Shown in pieces: positions 8,776-18,362 of a stretch of 64,000 nt of DNA. Location of the stretch: the IMG/VR virus record IMGVR_UViG_3300010354_011858, positions 6,342 through 70,341 of that record. One strand, given 5' to 3'. The stretch is from a virus. Position 1 is the stretch's first letter; every line of letters starts with the position of its first letter. The position numbers and the translations under genes are program-made. The notes under the pieces were generated by a model. It searched no databases and was not told the origin of the DNA. It saw nothing but the letters and a program-made list of their open reading frames with translations.

Positions 8776-9063
8776 CTACTGATAAATTGTATAAAGATTC
8801 TCCTGTGACCATCTTTGAACGGGAATCTTTACATCACGGAAATATTCGAAAGCCTCCTCAGATGAGTAATAAACCCTGGCATAGGCTTTTCTCGCGCCCT
8901 CATCGTAGACCGGACATTTCGGATTGGGATCTAGATACAGTGCTTTAAAATGATATTTATCTTGCTCATAATGAATAGCATTAACAACTGTTAAGATTGC
9001 ATTACAGTACGGACATATCTTCTCTGGATAAGGAAAGTCTGGAATGATCCTCCCAATAAGCAT
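8776..9063 (-). CDS. hypothetical protein
   Basis: 95-aa ORF with CPYC; stop/start overlap with its neighbour. Confidence 0.7.
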   Translation of the reverse strand: MLIGRIIPDFPYPEKICPYCNAILTVVNAIHYEQDKYHFKALYLDPNPKCPVYDEGARKAYARVYYSSEEAFEYFRDVKIPVQRWSQENLYTIYQ

Positions 9064-9320
9064 CAGTCTTCACCATAAGGATTGCCGAATGTTTTGTTGT
9101 TAATAATAAAATCAATAACTTCACTAATTCTCTCTTGGGCAATTTCTATGCCATCCATCAGGGAGTGGAGCTCATCCAGAGTAAGAATATGATTATTGTC
9201 TGGTGATACGACAACAACGGCTGGTGCAAAGCCACCCTCGAAGGGGACAGACTTTACTAGGACATATAAAGAATTTATGTCCTCTAGATCATTCTTTTCT
9301 TTATATGGAATTATTCTCAC
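9063..9320 (-). CDS. hypothetical protein
   Basis: 85-aa ORF coupled to both neighbours. Confidence 0.65.
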   Translation of the reverse strand: MRIIPYKEKNDLEDINSLYVLVKSVPFEGGFAPAVVVVSPDNNHILTLDELHSLMDGIEIAQERISEVIDFIINNKTFGNPYGED

Positions 9321-9493
9321 TTTTTACTAGTTTCCTTGAACAGCATTCCAATTAAAAGAAATGAATGCCATAAAAAAATTGGACCAATATATCCTGTATC
9401 TATATTAAATGATATATTAAATCCATATCTAAATAAAGCTGAGAATAGCATTACTATCAATACATAGGTTATGATAGCGGATGTCCTGGTCAT
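9317..9493 (-). CDS. small two-TM membrane protein
   Basis: ATG 9493 overlaps the thyX stop (ATGA); two hydrophobic segments. Confidence 0.6.
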   Translation of the reverse strand: MTRTSAIITYVLIVMLFSALFRYGFNISFNIDTGYIGPIFLWHSFLLIGMLFKETSKK

Positions 9494-10185
9494 ATAGATT
9501 CCCTTCCGGTGAGCACCCACGCCTCGTAGGTAGCCGGCAGTGTAGCAGCAAACATATCTTCAATACCGGCTGCATACTTGGCGATTTCTAACTGTGCGTG
9601 CTCATCATTTCTTAAGCATAAGAAATTCATTAAACTTCTAGCATTAACTGTCCAAATAAATTCTGTGTACTGCCCAACAGGGAGAACGGACCTGGCCAAC
9701 TCCTTGGCTACTCCCATTTCTAGCATCTCTCTATAGGCCGCTTCAGCATGTTTGTAAACAACTGCAAACTGTCTTGTAACTTCTGAGTAGGCAGCTTCTG
9801 GATATTCCATCGGCTTAAAACTGTAAGCGCCTGGCTTGCCAACTTGAGTTCTTACATCTTCTTGATCCGGGAAAAAGAAGTCAATCTTCTGAGGAACGTA
9901 ATATCTCATACTCATCTCATTGAATGACGACCACCTATGCCTAAACCACTCTCTAGCAACAAATATAGGACACTTGATATGAAATTTAAAAACAACATGT
10001 TCAAACGGCGTTGCATGCTTATTTTTAATTAAATAATTAATTAATCCCTTGGATTTATCGGTTAACTCAGAATCCTGAGAGGCGAAAGAAACTCTTGCAG
10101 CATTCACAATGCTAAGATCATCGCCAATAAAATCGATAAGGTTAATCTCACCAGCGTTTAAAACTTTTTTGTTGAATTCGGTCAT
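9490..10185 (-). CDS. thyX: FAD-dependent thymidylate synthase
   Basis: AARVS, HATPFEH, RHRWSSFNEMSMRY signature, KELARSVLP, HAQLEI. Confidence 0.97.
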   Translation of the reverse strand: MTEFNKKVLNAGEINLIDFIGDDLSIVNAARVSFASQDSELTDKSKGLINYLIKNKHATPFEHVVFKFHIKCPIFVAREWFRHRWSSFNEMSMRYYVPQKIDFFFPDQEDVRTQVGKPGAYSFKPMEYPEAAYSEVTRQFAVVYKHAEAAYREMLEMGVAKELARSVLPVGQYTEFIWTVNARSLMNFLCLRNDEHAQLEIAKYAAGIEDMFAATLPATYEAWVLTGRESI

Positions 10186-10191
10186 GCTAGT

Positions 10192-10202
10192 ACTCTAGCA
10201 CA
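10192..10202 (-). promoter_or_regulatory. extended -10 promoter TGTG-c-TAGAGT, leaderless thyX
   Basis: 6 nt before ATG 10185, no SD. Confidence 0.6.
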
Positions 10203-10211
10203 TGGACCGCC

Positions 10212-10346
10212 AAAAAATTTTTTAAAAAAAATGGTTTTCTATCAGCAAGGGCGTGAAAACGGTGATACCCTCAGTACGCCAGCACGCAAGATACTCCTAG
10301 TACTCTTTAACGTATAAGCATATAAGCATGCTATGTATGCTTATTA
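10212..10346. repeat. A/T tracts, short direct repeats and a near-perfect palindrome at the strand switch (possible origin)
   Basis: AAAAAATTTTTTAAAAAAAA; AGTACGC/AGCACGC/AGTACTC; TATAAGCA x2; ATAAGCATA..AGCATGCT..TATGCTTAT. Confidence 0.45.
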
Positions 10347-10371
10347 CAGAAAGCGTAGTATAATGAAGAAT

Positions 10372-10611
10372 ATGGAAATCATCGCTTTTGCCGAGTCCGA
10401 CGATTGCGGGCCTTTTGCCATAATGGACTCCGATCTGATTTCAATCATGAAAGTAGGGGATTTATATCTCGCTGCCACCCGTTGTGCTTTTCGTAATACA
10501 CCAATAACATGTGAAATTTCGAAAGAAGACGCAATGGTTTTATTCTCTAAAGGTGTACAATGTTTGGATATCGAAAAGGAGAATATAGGCAGCTTTTATG
10601 AAGAAAATTAG
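10372..10611 (+). CDS. hypothetical protein
   Basis: ATG 10372 lies 7 nt after TATAAT (10359-64), preferred over 10333. Confidence 0.65.
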   Translation: MEIIAFAESDDCGPFAIMDSDLISIMKVGDLYLAATRCAFRNTPITCEISKEDAMVLFSKGVQCLDIEKENIGSFYEEN

Positions 10612-11608
10612 TTGGTTTAGTCTCAACAATGTTGATCTAAGCGGTGAACACTGGTTTAGCCAGGGATATCAAAATGCTGCTGTTAACTCCATTCTCGCCC
10701 TTCAGAATAAGGGCATAGGTGTTTTCTATAACAGAAAAGAAATACCTTTTCATGTTAACTTTTGCCCACCGCATTACTATCAATTAGAAAATAGTTATGC
10801 AGTTGGTTATACACCATGGGAATCAACTATTGTTCCAGATAACTGGAAATATAACATGTCAAGATGCTCAGAAATATGGGCTACATCTGAATTTGTAAAA
10901 GATATTTATATAAAAAATAATATCCACCCCAATGTTCATGTAATTCCTCATGGCATATCTGATGAATTTCAGATATATGAAAGAGAGCTAACTGGTAAGT
11001 TTAATTTCCTTCATGTTGGTGGCGACTCCAAGAGGAAGAACGCTCAGATGGTTGTAGACGCTTTCTTGGAGCTCTACGAAGATGATATGGATTATCAATT
11101 AATTCTTAAATATAATAAGTTCTGCTTCGCAGACGTATATCTTGACGGTCGAATTGTCCCCGCCTACAACCACCCACAGATTATCGGCATTCCAGATAAT
11201 TTTTCTGTTGATCAATTAGTTCGTTTATACCATAAGTGCCATTGTCTAGTTTATCCGACTAGTGGTGAAGGATTTGGAATGATTCCATTTGAAGCCATTG
11301 CAACAGGAATGCCAACAATATGTACAAACTTAACCGGGTGCGCAGACTTTGCACAAATGTCGATACCTCTGGCTGCAGAATGGGGTAAATCAGATTTTCA
11401 CGAACATTTGTACGCATGTGATGTTGGTGATTGGGCTATACCAAATTATGATGAGTTGCTTGATTTAATGGAACATGTTGTTAATGAGTATGATGACTTT
11501 AAAAAATATACTCTCAAATCAGCAAGAATAATCCATTCTGAGATGTCCTGGTCGAACGTCGCTGATAAGATGATCAGCAGACTAGACGAGTTTGAAAAAA
11601 ATCTCTAA
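10598..11608 (+). CDS. glycosyltransferase, GT-B/GT4 type
   Basis: YTPWEST, VIPHG, RKN, EGFGMIPFEAIATGMP (ExxxxxxxE). Confidence 0.92.
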   Translation: MKKISWFSLNNVDLSGEHWFSQGYQNAAVNSILALQNKGIGVFYNRKEIPFHVNFCPPHYYQLENSYAVGYTPWESTIVPDNWKYNMSRCSEIWATSEFVKDIYIKNNIHPNVHVIPHGISDEFQIYERELTGKFNFLHVGGDSKRKNAQMVVDAFLELYEDDMDYQLILKYNKFCFADVYLDGRIVPAYNHPQIIGIPDNFSVDQLVRLYHKCHCLVYPTSGEGFGMIPFEAIATGMPTICTNLTGCADFAQMSIPLAAEWGKSDFHEHLYACDVGDWAIPNYDELLDLMEHVVNEYDDFKKYTLKSARIIHSEMSWSNVADKMISRLDEFEKNL

Positions 11609-11681
11609 TTAGCCTTAGCATTGTTTCTTGTTCTAGCAAGATCCAATTGATACGATTGAATTTACCACTTTAGGAGGATCT

Positions 11682-13610
11682 ATGACTATATTATCTAATG
11701 AGTTTATAAACTCATATGCAGACAAAAAAGCCCCATGGGGTTTTAATGGACTTGGGGAAATTGTTTACAAGAGAACATACTCACGAGATATTGAAGAACT
11801 TGGAAGAAAAGAACTTTGGCATGAGACCATTGGAAGATGCATCAATGGCGCTCAAGACATCGGTGCAGGCTATACAAAAGATGAAGCCGAGAGATTGTTT
11901 GACTATATTTTTAATCTCAAGGGCATTTTTGCTGGAAGATGTTTATGGCAATTAGGAACGCCTCTTGTTGAAAAGATGAGCGGTGTTTCGCTTGTAAATT
12001 GCTGGATGACTACTATTTCATCTGTCGAAGACTTTCAATTTCTTATGGACCATTTAATGGTCGGCGGAGGTGTTGGTTTTTCGGTTGAAAGATCAACTGT
12101 TTACAAGATGCCGAAGATCAAGAAAGTTGACTTTATTAGACATGAAAGAACCAACGACGCAGACTTCATTGTGCCAGATTCACGACAAGGATGGTCTGCT
12201 TTGCTTGGCAAGGTGCTTTCAAGTTATTTTGAAACAGGAGAATCTTTCACATATAGCACAATATTAATTCGTGGATTTGGTGCACCTCTTAAGACTTTTG
12301 GTGGAACTGCATCTGGTCCTGAAGTCTTAATTGAAGGCATAAAAGATATTTGCAATATTCTTGATAAGAGAACTGGTAAAGATATTAGATCAGTTGATGC
12401 TCTTGATATTGCAAATATTATCGGAAAGATAGTTGTAGCCGGTTCAGCAAGAAGATCTGCTCAAATTGCCATCGGTGATCCAGATGACATTTTATTTTTA
12501 AGAGCAAAGAACTGGGGGCGTGGAGATATTCCTGGATGGAGAGCTAATTCAAATAACTCCATATTTGCAGACTCATATGATGAAATGATTGATGAGTTTT
12601 GGAAAGGGTATGATGGCTCTGGAGAGCCTTATGGTTTAATCAATAGAAAGTTGATTCGTAAGAATGGTCGTCTTGGTGAAAAGATAAATGATAATAAAGT
12701 AATTGGAACCAATCCGTGCGGTGAAATTGGTCTTGAAGACGGAGAGCCTTGCAATCTTGCGGAAATCTTTTTGCCAAATATCTCTTCTAAAGAAGAATTA
12801 ATTGATATTAGTCGTCTTCTTTATAAAACACAAAAGGCTATTACAACACTTTGGTATCCATACAAGAAAAGCCGTGATGTCATCTCTAGGAATCGTCGCC
12901 TTGGGCAGGGTATTACTGGCTGGCTCCAGGCAACAGAGGAGCAGTTGTCATGGGTTTCTGGCTCTTATCTTGCATTAAGAGACTTTGATAAAGAATGGTC
13001 TGAGTCAATTGGAATCAATCCATCTATTAAATTGACTACTGTGAAGCCAAGCGGAACTTTAAGTCTTCTTGCTGGCGTAACGCCAGGCATTCATCCTGCA
13101 TATGCAAAATACTATATCCGCAGGGTGAGAATGGGCAGCAATGATCCGCTAGTTCAGTACTGCCGTGATAAAGGATATACAGTTGTTTATGATGTTGGTC
13201 TTGATGGTAAGGAAAATCATATGATCTGCGTTGTAGAGTTTCCTTGTGAAACCCCCGAACATGCCACTCTTGCAAAAGATCTTACTGCTGTCCAGCAACT
13301 GGAATGGGTTGTTAAAGCTCAGTCAGAATGGGCTGATAATAATGTTAGCGTAACTGTCTATTATAGAAAAGATGAACTTGACGATATTAAACAGTGGTTG
13401 TCTAAGAACTACTCAAATAAAGTTAAGTCTGTTTCATTCTTGCTTCATAGTGAGCATGGTTTTAATCTTGCTCCATATGAGGAGATCTCAAAAGAAGAGT
13501 ATAATAAGAAAAAGAATAAAATTAAAGATATTCAATTGCTAGTTGAAAATAGTAATAATCTCTCAATTGAGAGCCTAGAGTGTGAAGGTGGAGCATGCCC
13601 GATAAAATAG
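11682..13610 (+). CDS. nrdJ: class II (adenosylcobalamin) ribonucleotide reductase, monomeric type
   Basis: NCW, GGGVGF, RRSAQI, TNPCGEI, CNLAE, TTVKPSGT, C-terminal CEGGACPIK; AGGAGG SD. Confidence 0.95.
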   Translation: MTILSNEFINSYADKKAPWGFNGLGEIVYKRTYSRDIEELGRKELWHETIGRCINGAQDIGAGYTKDEAERLFDYIFNLKGIFAGRCLWQLGTPLVEKMSGVSLVNCWMTTISSVEDFQFLMDHLMVGGGVGFSVERSTVYKMPKIKKVDFIRHERTNDADFIVPDSRQGWSALLGKVLSSYFETGESFTYSTILIRGFGAPLKTFGGTASGPEVLIEGIKDICNILDKRTGKDIRSVDALDIANIIGKIVVAGSARRSAQIAIGDPDDILFLRAKNWGRGDIPGWRANSNNSIFADSYDEMIDEFWKGYDGSGEPYGLINRKLIRKNGRLGEKINDNKVIGTNPCGEIGLEDGEPCNLAEIFLPNISSKEELIDISRLLYKTQKAITTLWYPYKKSRDVISRNRRLGQGITGWLQATEEQLSWVSGSYLALRDFDKEWSESIGINPSIKLTTVKPSGTLSLLAGVTPGIHPAYAKYYIRRVRMGSNDPLVQYCRDKGYTVVYDVGLDGKENHMICVVEFPCETPEHATLAKDLTAVQQLEWVVKAQSEWADNNVSVTVYYRKDELDDIKQWLSKNYSNKVKSVSFLLHSEHGFNLAPYEEISKEEYNKKKNKIKDIQLLVENSNNLSIESLECEGGACPIK

Positions 13611-14266
13611 ACACAATATGTTTAATAACATATCAAAGAAGTGGTAGCACAATACTTAGATATTTGTTAAATTGTTTTAATGATGTTTTTATTTCAATGG
13701 AGAATAATGGATTAGTAGTAAATTTGCTTGATTATTCATTGAATATTCAAGCAATGAATTCTATTATAAATTATAGTAATGACGGAGATTTATTAGATAC
13801 AAAAAGTTTTGGAATAAATCTAAATATAGATAACTTACAAAATGATATTAGAAATCTTTTAAATAATTCTTTTTTAAATTCTAATTATAAAATTAAAGGA
13901 TGGAAAGAATTTAATATCTCACCATTTGTAGCAAATGAAAATAAATGCAATGTTTATTTAAATGAAATTAAATCTATTTATCAAAATTGCTTAATGATCT
14001 TTAATATTAGAGATCCATTGTCTACATCAAAAAGTGGTTTTTGGAAAACAATACCTAATTCCTCAATTGTTATTGAAAAAAATAATAATTTTTTTTATGA
14101 ATACTATTCTTATAACAAGGAAAAATCAATATTTTTAGACTTTAATACTTGGTCAAATAATGAAAATGAATTAATTAATATTATGAAAAGTTATAATATT
14201 GATGTAAATTATGAATTATATAAAAAAAATTTTAATACTAAATTAAATCATTTAAAAGATTGGTGA
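13595..14266 (+). CDS. sulfotransferase-like protein
   Basis: YQRSGSTIL 5'-PSB loop, GWKE, IFNIRDP..S 3'-PB motif; very AT-rich. Confidence 0.7.
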   Translation: MPDKIDTICLITYQRSGSTILRYLLNCFNDVFISMENNGLVVNLLDYSLNIQAMNSIINYSNDGDLLDTKSFGINLNIDNLQNDIRNLLNNSFLNSNYKIKGWKEFNISPFVANENKCNVYLNEIKSIYQNCLMIFNIRDPLSTSKSGFWKTIPNSSIVIEKNNNFFYEYYSYNKEKSIFLDFNTWSNNENELINIMKSYNIDVNYELYKKNFNTKLNHLKDW

Positions 14267-14267
14267 A

Positions 14268-14477
14268 ATGAAATATAAAATAATTTTTAATATTGCAATT
14301 GAGGTTGAAAATTGTAGCTCTCCAAGAGAAGCGATGATTAAAGCAGCAGATATGTCAGAGAGGGTATACGGAGGATTTCGGCCAACGATACTACCAGCCA
14401 TAATTTATGAAAATGATATTAATGGAAACACTTACTTTTACCACCCAGGATTATCAGAGTATAAAAAAATAAAATAA
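14268..14477 (+). CDS. hypothetical protein
   Basis: 69-aa ORF directly after the sulfotransferase. Confidence 0.5.
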   Translation: MKYKIIFNIAIEVENCSSPREAMIKAADMSERVYGGFRPTILPAIIYENDINGNTYFYHPGLSEYKKIK

Positions 14478-14495
14478 TTTCAACAGTGCGATTGG

Positions 14496-14526
14496 CAAAA
14501 AGCGTACCAAGTTGGTACGCTTTTTG
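14496..14526. terminator. bidirectional intrinsic terminator / perfect palindrome
   Basis: CAAAAAGCGTACCAA-G-TTGGTACGCTTTTTG. Confidence 0.75.
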
Positions 14527-14571
14527 TTATTTATCATGCTTTTTTATCAAAATTGGTGTATGATATCTTAA

Positions 14572-14901
14572 ATGGCCGGAGATTTTGTTAAGCAGAAGAG
14601 ACTTTGGGTGCCTGAAAGGGCATTCGGTGTATGTATTTGGATCATGCCTGATGGTAAACCGCTATCTGATGGTGATGGATACTTATCGGCTGAAGGCTTT
14701 GTTGGCGATGAAAGTATTGAAAAGAGAGTCGCTGAGGCCGCAAAGTACTGGACCGGCTCCTCAGAAGGCCAGGTTGCCTGGGTTCACGGAGCCAGAAAAG
14801 TTACAAATTCTGAACTAGACGATCAGAAGGCACGCCTGGCTGACGGTCTTGTGCCCGATCCTTATGAAGATGCCATAGAATTTCAGGCTAGAGGTAGATA
14901 A
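14572..14901 (+). CDS. conserved hypothetical protein upstream of portal
   Basis: leaderless start (TATGAT 7 nt upstream); W.MPDG..D.DG..L motif. Confidence 0.8.
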   Translation: MAGDFVKQKRLWVPERAFGVCIWIMPDGKPLSDGDGYLSAEGFVGDESIEKRVAEAAKYWTGSSEGQVAWVHGARKVTNSELDDQKARLADGLVPDPYEDAIEFQARGR

Positions 14902-16506
14902 ATGTCAACATCACATATTGAAGAAGTCGAAGATGGCATTGAGATAGATGAACTTACCTATCTTCAAATAATGTCTAAAATTGAGAATAGCGATCCTTTT
15001 AAAAAGGTGAAGACTGGTAGTCTTTCGCCAAAAATGAAAAGAAAGTTCTATAACTTACAGAAAAAACTTACCGGAGAACCGGACTCAGTAGGAACTAAGT
15101 ATGTGGACCCAGAGGAAGTCGATGGTTACTCTCTGTATGATGTTGTAACACCTCCATATGATCAAGATACTCTTGCAAATTTATACGATCAAAGTGCAAT
15201 TCATAACTCATCTGTAAACGCTAGAGTTATGAACACTGTTGGTCTTGGATATGAGTTTATTGAGACAACTAAATCTAGAAGACTGCTAGAAAAGAATGCT
15301 TCAAATCCAGAAAGACTCTCAAGAACAAGAAAAACAATTCAAAATGAAAAAGAAAAGCTCGATGAAATTTTTGAAAATTTAAATGATGAGGAGACATTTC
15401 TTGAAACCATGATCAAAGTTTGGCTTGATGTCATGACTGTTGGTAATGGATATCTTGAAGTAGGTAGAAATAATGCTGGTAATATCGGCTATATTGGTCA
15501 TGTACCTGCAACACTTGTTCGTGTTAGAAGAAAAAGAGATGGCTATGTGCAGATCGCTAAAAGTAATAAAATTCAAGCAGTCTTTTTCAGAAATTTCCAG
15601 GATAGTGAAACCATTGATCCAATCAATGGAGATCCAAATCCAAATGAATTAATACATTTTAAAGTTTACTCTCCGAATAATACATACTATGGTATACCAT
15701 CTGCTGTATCAGCTGCTGCTGCAATAGTTGGAGATAAGTATGCTAAAGAGTATAATATTGATTATTTTGAAAATAAGGCGATTCCTAGATATGCAATTAT
15801 TCTTAAGGGTGCAAAACTAAGCGCCAAATCAAAACAGGAATTGGTTAATTATTTTAGAAATGAAGTCAAGGGTAGAAATCACGGAACGCTTGTTATTCCG
15901 ATTCCTTCATCTATTGGATCTGATGCCGATATTAAATTTGAAAAACTCGAAGCTAATGTTCAAGATTCTTCATTTGATAAGTATAGAAAATCAAATAGAG
16001 ATGAAATTCTCGTTGCCAACAGAGTTCCTGCACCAAAGGTTGGCGTGTATGACAATGCAAACTTAGCAGTTTCCCGTGATGCCGATAAGACATTTAAAAC
16101 CCAAGTTATCGGACCGGATCAGGCAGTTATAGAAAAAAGAATTAATAAGATTATTCAAGAGTTTACTGATCTTGTTGTATTAAGATTTAAGAGAATTGAT
16201 CTTGTTGATGAAGATATTCAATCTCGTATATATGATCGATATCTTCGTACTGAAGTCGTCAGTCCGAACGAAGTTAGAAGTGAACTTGGTCTTCCTGAAA
16301 GGGAAGATGGAGATGTGGTTCTTCCTTTCCCAACTAAAATTAAAAAAGAGGGACCGGGAGCTCCGCCAATGAATAGTAATAATCAATCCTCTGAGCCTCC
16401 TAAGGCAAGGGTTGATACGCCAGCAGGTGCAAGCGATGCTAATGCAACGGGCGATAGATCAGAAAGAGGCGAACAGCAAGATGCTGGTCGTAACGAGGAG
16501 GTTTAA
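14902..16506 (+). CDS. portal protein
   Basis: GNGYLEV, ELIHFK, YYGIP, YFENKAIP, RVP, SPNEVRSELGL; position before protease and capsid. Confidence 0.92.
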   Translation: MSTSHIEEVEDGIEIDELTYLQIMSKIENSDPFKKVKTGSLSPKMKRKFYNLQKKLTGEPDSVGTKYVDPEEVDGYSLYDVVTPPYDQDTLANLYDQSAIHNSSVNARVMNTVGLGYEFIETTKSRRLLEKNASNPERLSRTRKTIQNEKEKLDEIFENLNDEETFLETMIKVWLDVMTVGNGYLEVGRNNAGNIGYIGHVPATLVRVRRKRDGYVQIAKSNKIQAVFFRNFQDSETIDPINGDPNPNELIHFKVYSPNNTYYGIPSAVSAAAAIVGDKYAKEYNIDYFENKAIPRYAIILKGAKLSAKSKQELVNYFRNEVKGRNHGTLVIPIPSSIGSDADIKFEKLEANVQDSSFDKYRKSNRDEILVANRVPAPKVGVYDNANLAVSRDADKTFKTQVIGPDQAVIEKRINKIIQEFTDLVVLRFKRIDLVDEDIQSRIYDRYLRTEVVSPNEVRSELGLPEREDGDVVLPFPTKIKKEGPGAPPMNSNNQSSEPPKARVDTPAGASDANATGDRSERGEQQDAGRNEEV

Positions 16507-16508
16507 CA

Positions 16509-16769
16509 ATGACGATGGGAATTATTTACAGCGGTATTATTAACAGTACCAATGGAGAAATTACCTTTCCAGGGCATACATATGCTGTCTATTTGATTAA
16601 TAAAGATCACAATGATTGGGTACAGGTCAAGATGAATGGTGGACCCCATAGCATTTGGCTTGCCGATGCAAATGGTCATGCTCATGCATACACCGAGGTT
16701 CCTGGTGATTACACCAAGATTCAAGTAATGACAGCCAGTGCCAATGTTGCTGTTTATGCCATAGGCTAA
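16509..16769 (+). CDS. hypothetical protein (possible virion protein)
   Basis: beta-rich 86-aa ORF with GAGG SD. Confidence 0.65.
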   Translation: MTMGIIYSGIINSTNGEITFPGHTYAVYLINKDHNDWVQVKMNGGPHSIWLADANGHAHAYTEVPGDYTKIQVMTASANVAVYAIG

Positions 16770-16809
16770 TTTGTATTTTAAATAAAAATACATTATTATA
16801 GAGGTTTAT

Positions 16810-18342
16810 ATGGAAGATTTTAATTTATCATTTCCAATTTCTTTTATTAAGAAAGAGGAAAGAATTGTTGTTGGAATAGCAACAGCAGACAATATTGATA
16901 AATCTGGCGATATTGTAGATTTTCAAGCTTCTCTTGAGGCATTCAATGAGTGGGCTGGAAATATTCGTGAAATGCACTCACCAGTTGCAGTTGGCAAAGC
17001 TATTAAATATGAGCCTGTCAAAATAAAGGGTGATGATGGTCAAGATTATAATGCCATGAGAGTTGAGGCCTATATTTCTAAGGGCGCTCAGGACACATGG
17101 GAAAAAGTTCTTGACGGGACACTTCGTGCATTCTCTATTGGCGGTCGAATTCTTGAGAGAGAGATTGATTCAAAAAAGATGTTTAGAGGCAGACCTGCCT
17201 CAATTATTAAAAAATACATACTTGGTGAATTAAGTTTAGTTGATAACCCTGCTAATCAAAATGCAATAATTGATATTGTTAAGAGAGCAGATGATGGCAA
17301 CCTTGATTACATTCTCAAAATTGCCTGCGATGATATCAACCTAACCATTCCCGAATCGGTCCAGCGTATGGCCAGAATTGGCTTAGAACAAAGAAAAGAA
17401 CACGGTCGTGGTGGAACTAGCGTTGGCCTTGGATCTGCTCGTCGTCTTGCTGCTGGCGGAACTGCAAGCCCAGAATTTGTTAGAAAGGTAGCAAGATATT
17501 TTCCTCGTCATGCCGTTGATCTAAGAGCAACTGGCGCTGATCCCGGAGATGATGGCTATCCGTCGAACGGTAGAATTGCTTGGAACTTATGGGGTGGAAC
17601 ACCTGGTTGGGTCTGGGCAAGATCGAAAGTTCGTCAATTAGATAACTGCACTACTAAATCAGAAATAAATGAATTTGAGAAAACTTGTTCATGTGGATGC
17701 AATAATTGCGAAGAATATGATATTATAAAAGAACTCGAATTACTAGATCAGATTTTAGAAATGGATTCGCTTGACAAAGAAACTATAAACAGTTTGCAAA
17801 ATGATGATAATTATGATAGGGTGAATACTATGGATTCATCTGAAGATAGTAAACTTTCGTTGATGAAGAGATTCATCAATTGGTTGGTTCCAGATGAAGA
17901 GATTTCTAAATCTGAAGATACCGAAGTAATTGCTTCAACCGAAACCGTTGAAGCGGAAAATGACACACTGGAGGAAAATATGGATATTGACATCCTGAAG
18001 GAAGCCCTCGGTACTGTCATTGATCAGAGGCTCACCGATTTTGCCGCTTCTATTAAGGAAGAGGTTGATGCCAGTGTTGCTGCTAAGATTGATGATCTGA
18101 CCAAGGGTTTAGAAGCCAAGAATGCTGAGCTTGCTGAGAAGCTTGATTCGGCAGAAAAGGCACTTGCTGAGCAGACTGAGAAGGTTGATGCCTTCGCTAC
18201 TGCCGGCGCTATTAAGAAGAGTGTAGATCCCGAAGACGATGATGACGCTGATGGCGAAGACCTCAAGAAGTCGGACAAGTCGTTCTGGGGCAATGTTTAC
18301 CTGCCAGAGGCACTGATTAAGTCCCTTGGCTACAAGTCATGA
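16810..18342 (+). CDS. prohead protease (HK97/XkdF-like) with inserted domain and C-terminal scaffold
   Basis: ERIVVG.A, D..GD, REMH, W.KV.DG.L.AFSIGG, ELSLVDNPAN; coiled-coil C-terminus. Confidence 0.88.
   Translation: MEDFNLSFPISFIKKEERIVVGIATADNIDKSGDIVDFQASLEAFNEWAGNIREMHSPVAVGKAIKYEPVKIKGDDGQDYNAMRVEAYISKGAQDTWEKVLDGTLRAFSIGGRILEREIDSKKMFRGRPASIIKKYILGELSLVDNPANQNAIIDIVKRADDGNLDYILKIACDDINLTIPESVQRMARIGLEQRKEHGRGGTSVGLGSARRLAAGGTASPEFVRKVARYFPRHAVDLRATGADPGDDGYPSNGRIAWNLWGGTPGWVWARSKVRQLDNCTTKSEINEFEKTCSCGCNNCEEYDIIKELELLDQILEMDSLDKETINSLQNDDNYDRVNTMDSSEDSKLSLMKRFINWLVPDEEISKSEDTEVIASTETVEAENDTLEENMDIDILKEALGTVIDQRLTDFAASIKEEVDASVAAKIDDLTKGLEAKNAELAEKLDSAEKALAEQTEKVDAFATAGAIKKSVDPEDDDDADGEDLKKSDKSFWGNVYLPEALIKSLGYKS
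17794..17822 (+). promoter_or_regulatory. internal promoter TTGCAA-17-TAGGGT (with TG extension)
   Basis: 7 nt before in-frame ATG 17830; upstream of the scaffold region and capsid. Confidence 0.55.
17980..18342 (+). CDS. nested scaffolding protein (internal in-frame start)
   Basis: GGAGGAAAAT-ATG in frame with the protease; acidic coiled coil. Confidence 0.55.
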   Translation: MDIDILKEALGTVIDQRLTDFAASIKEEVDASVAAKIDDLTKGLEAKNAELAEKLDSAEKALAEQTEKVDAFATAGAIKKSVDPEDDDDADGEDLKKSDKSFWGNVYLPEALIKSLGYKS

Positions 18343-18362
18343 TTTTAGGAGGATTATAAATA

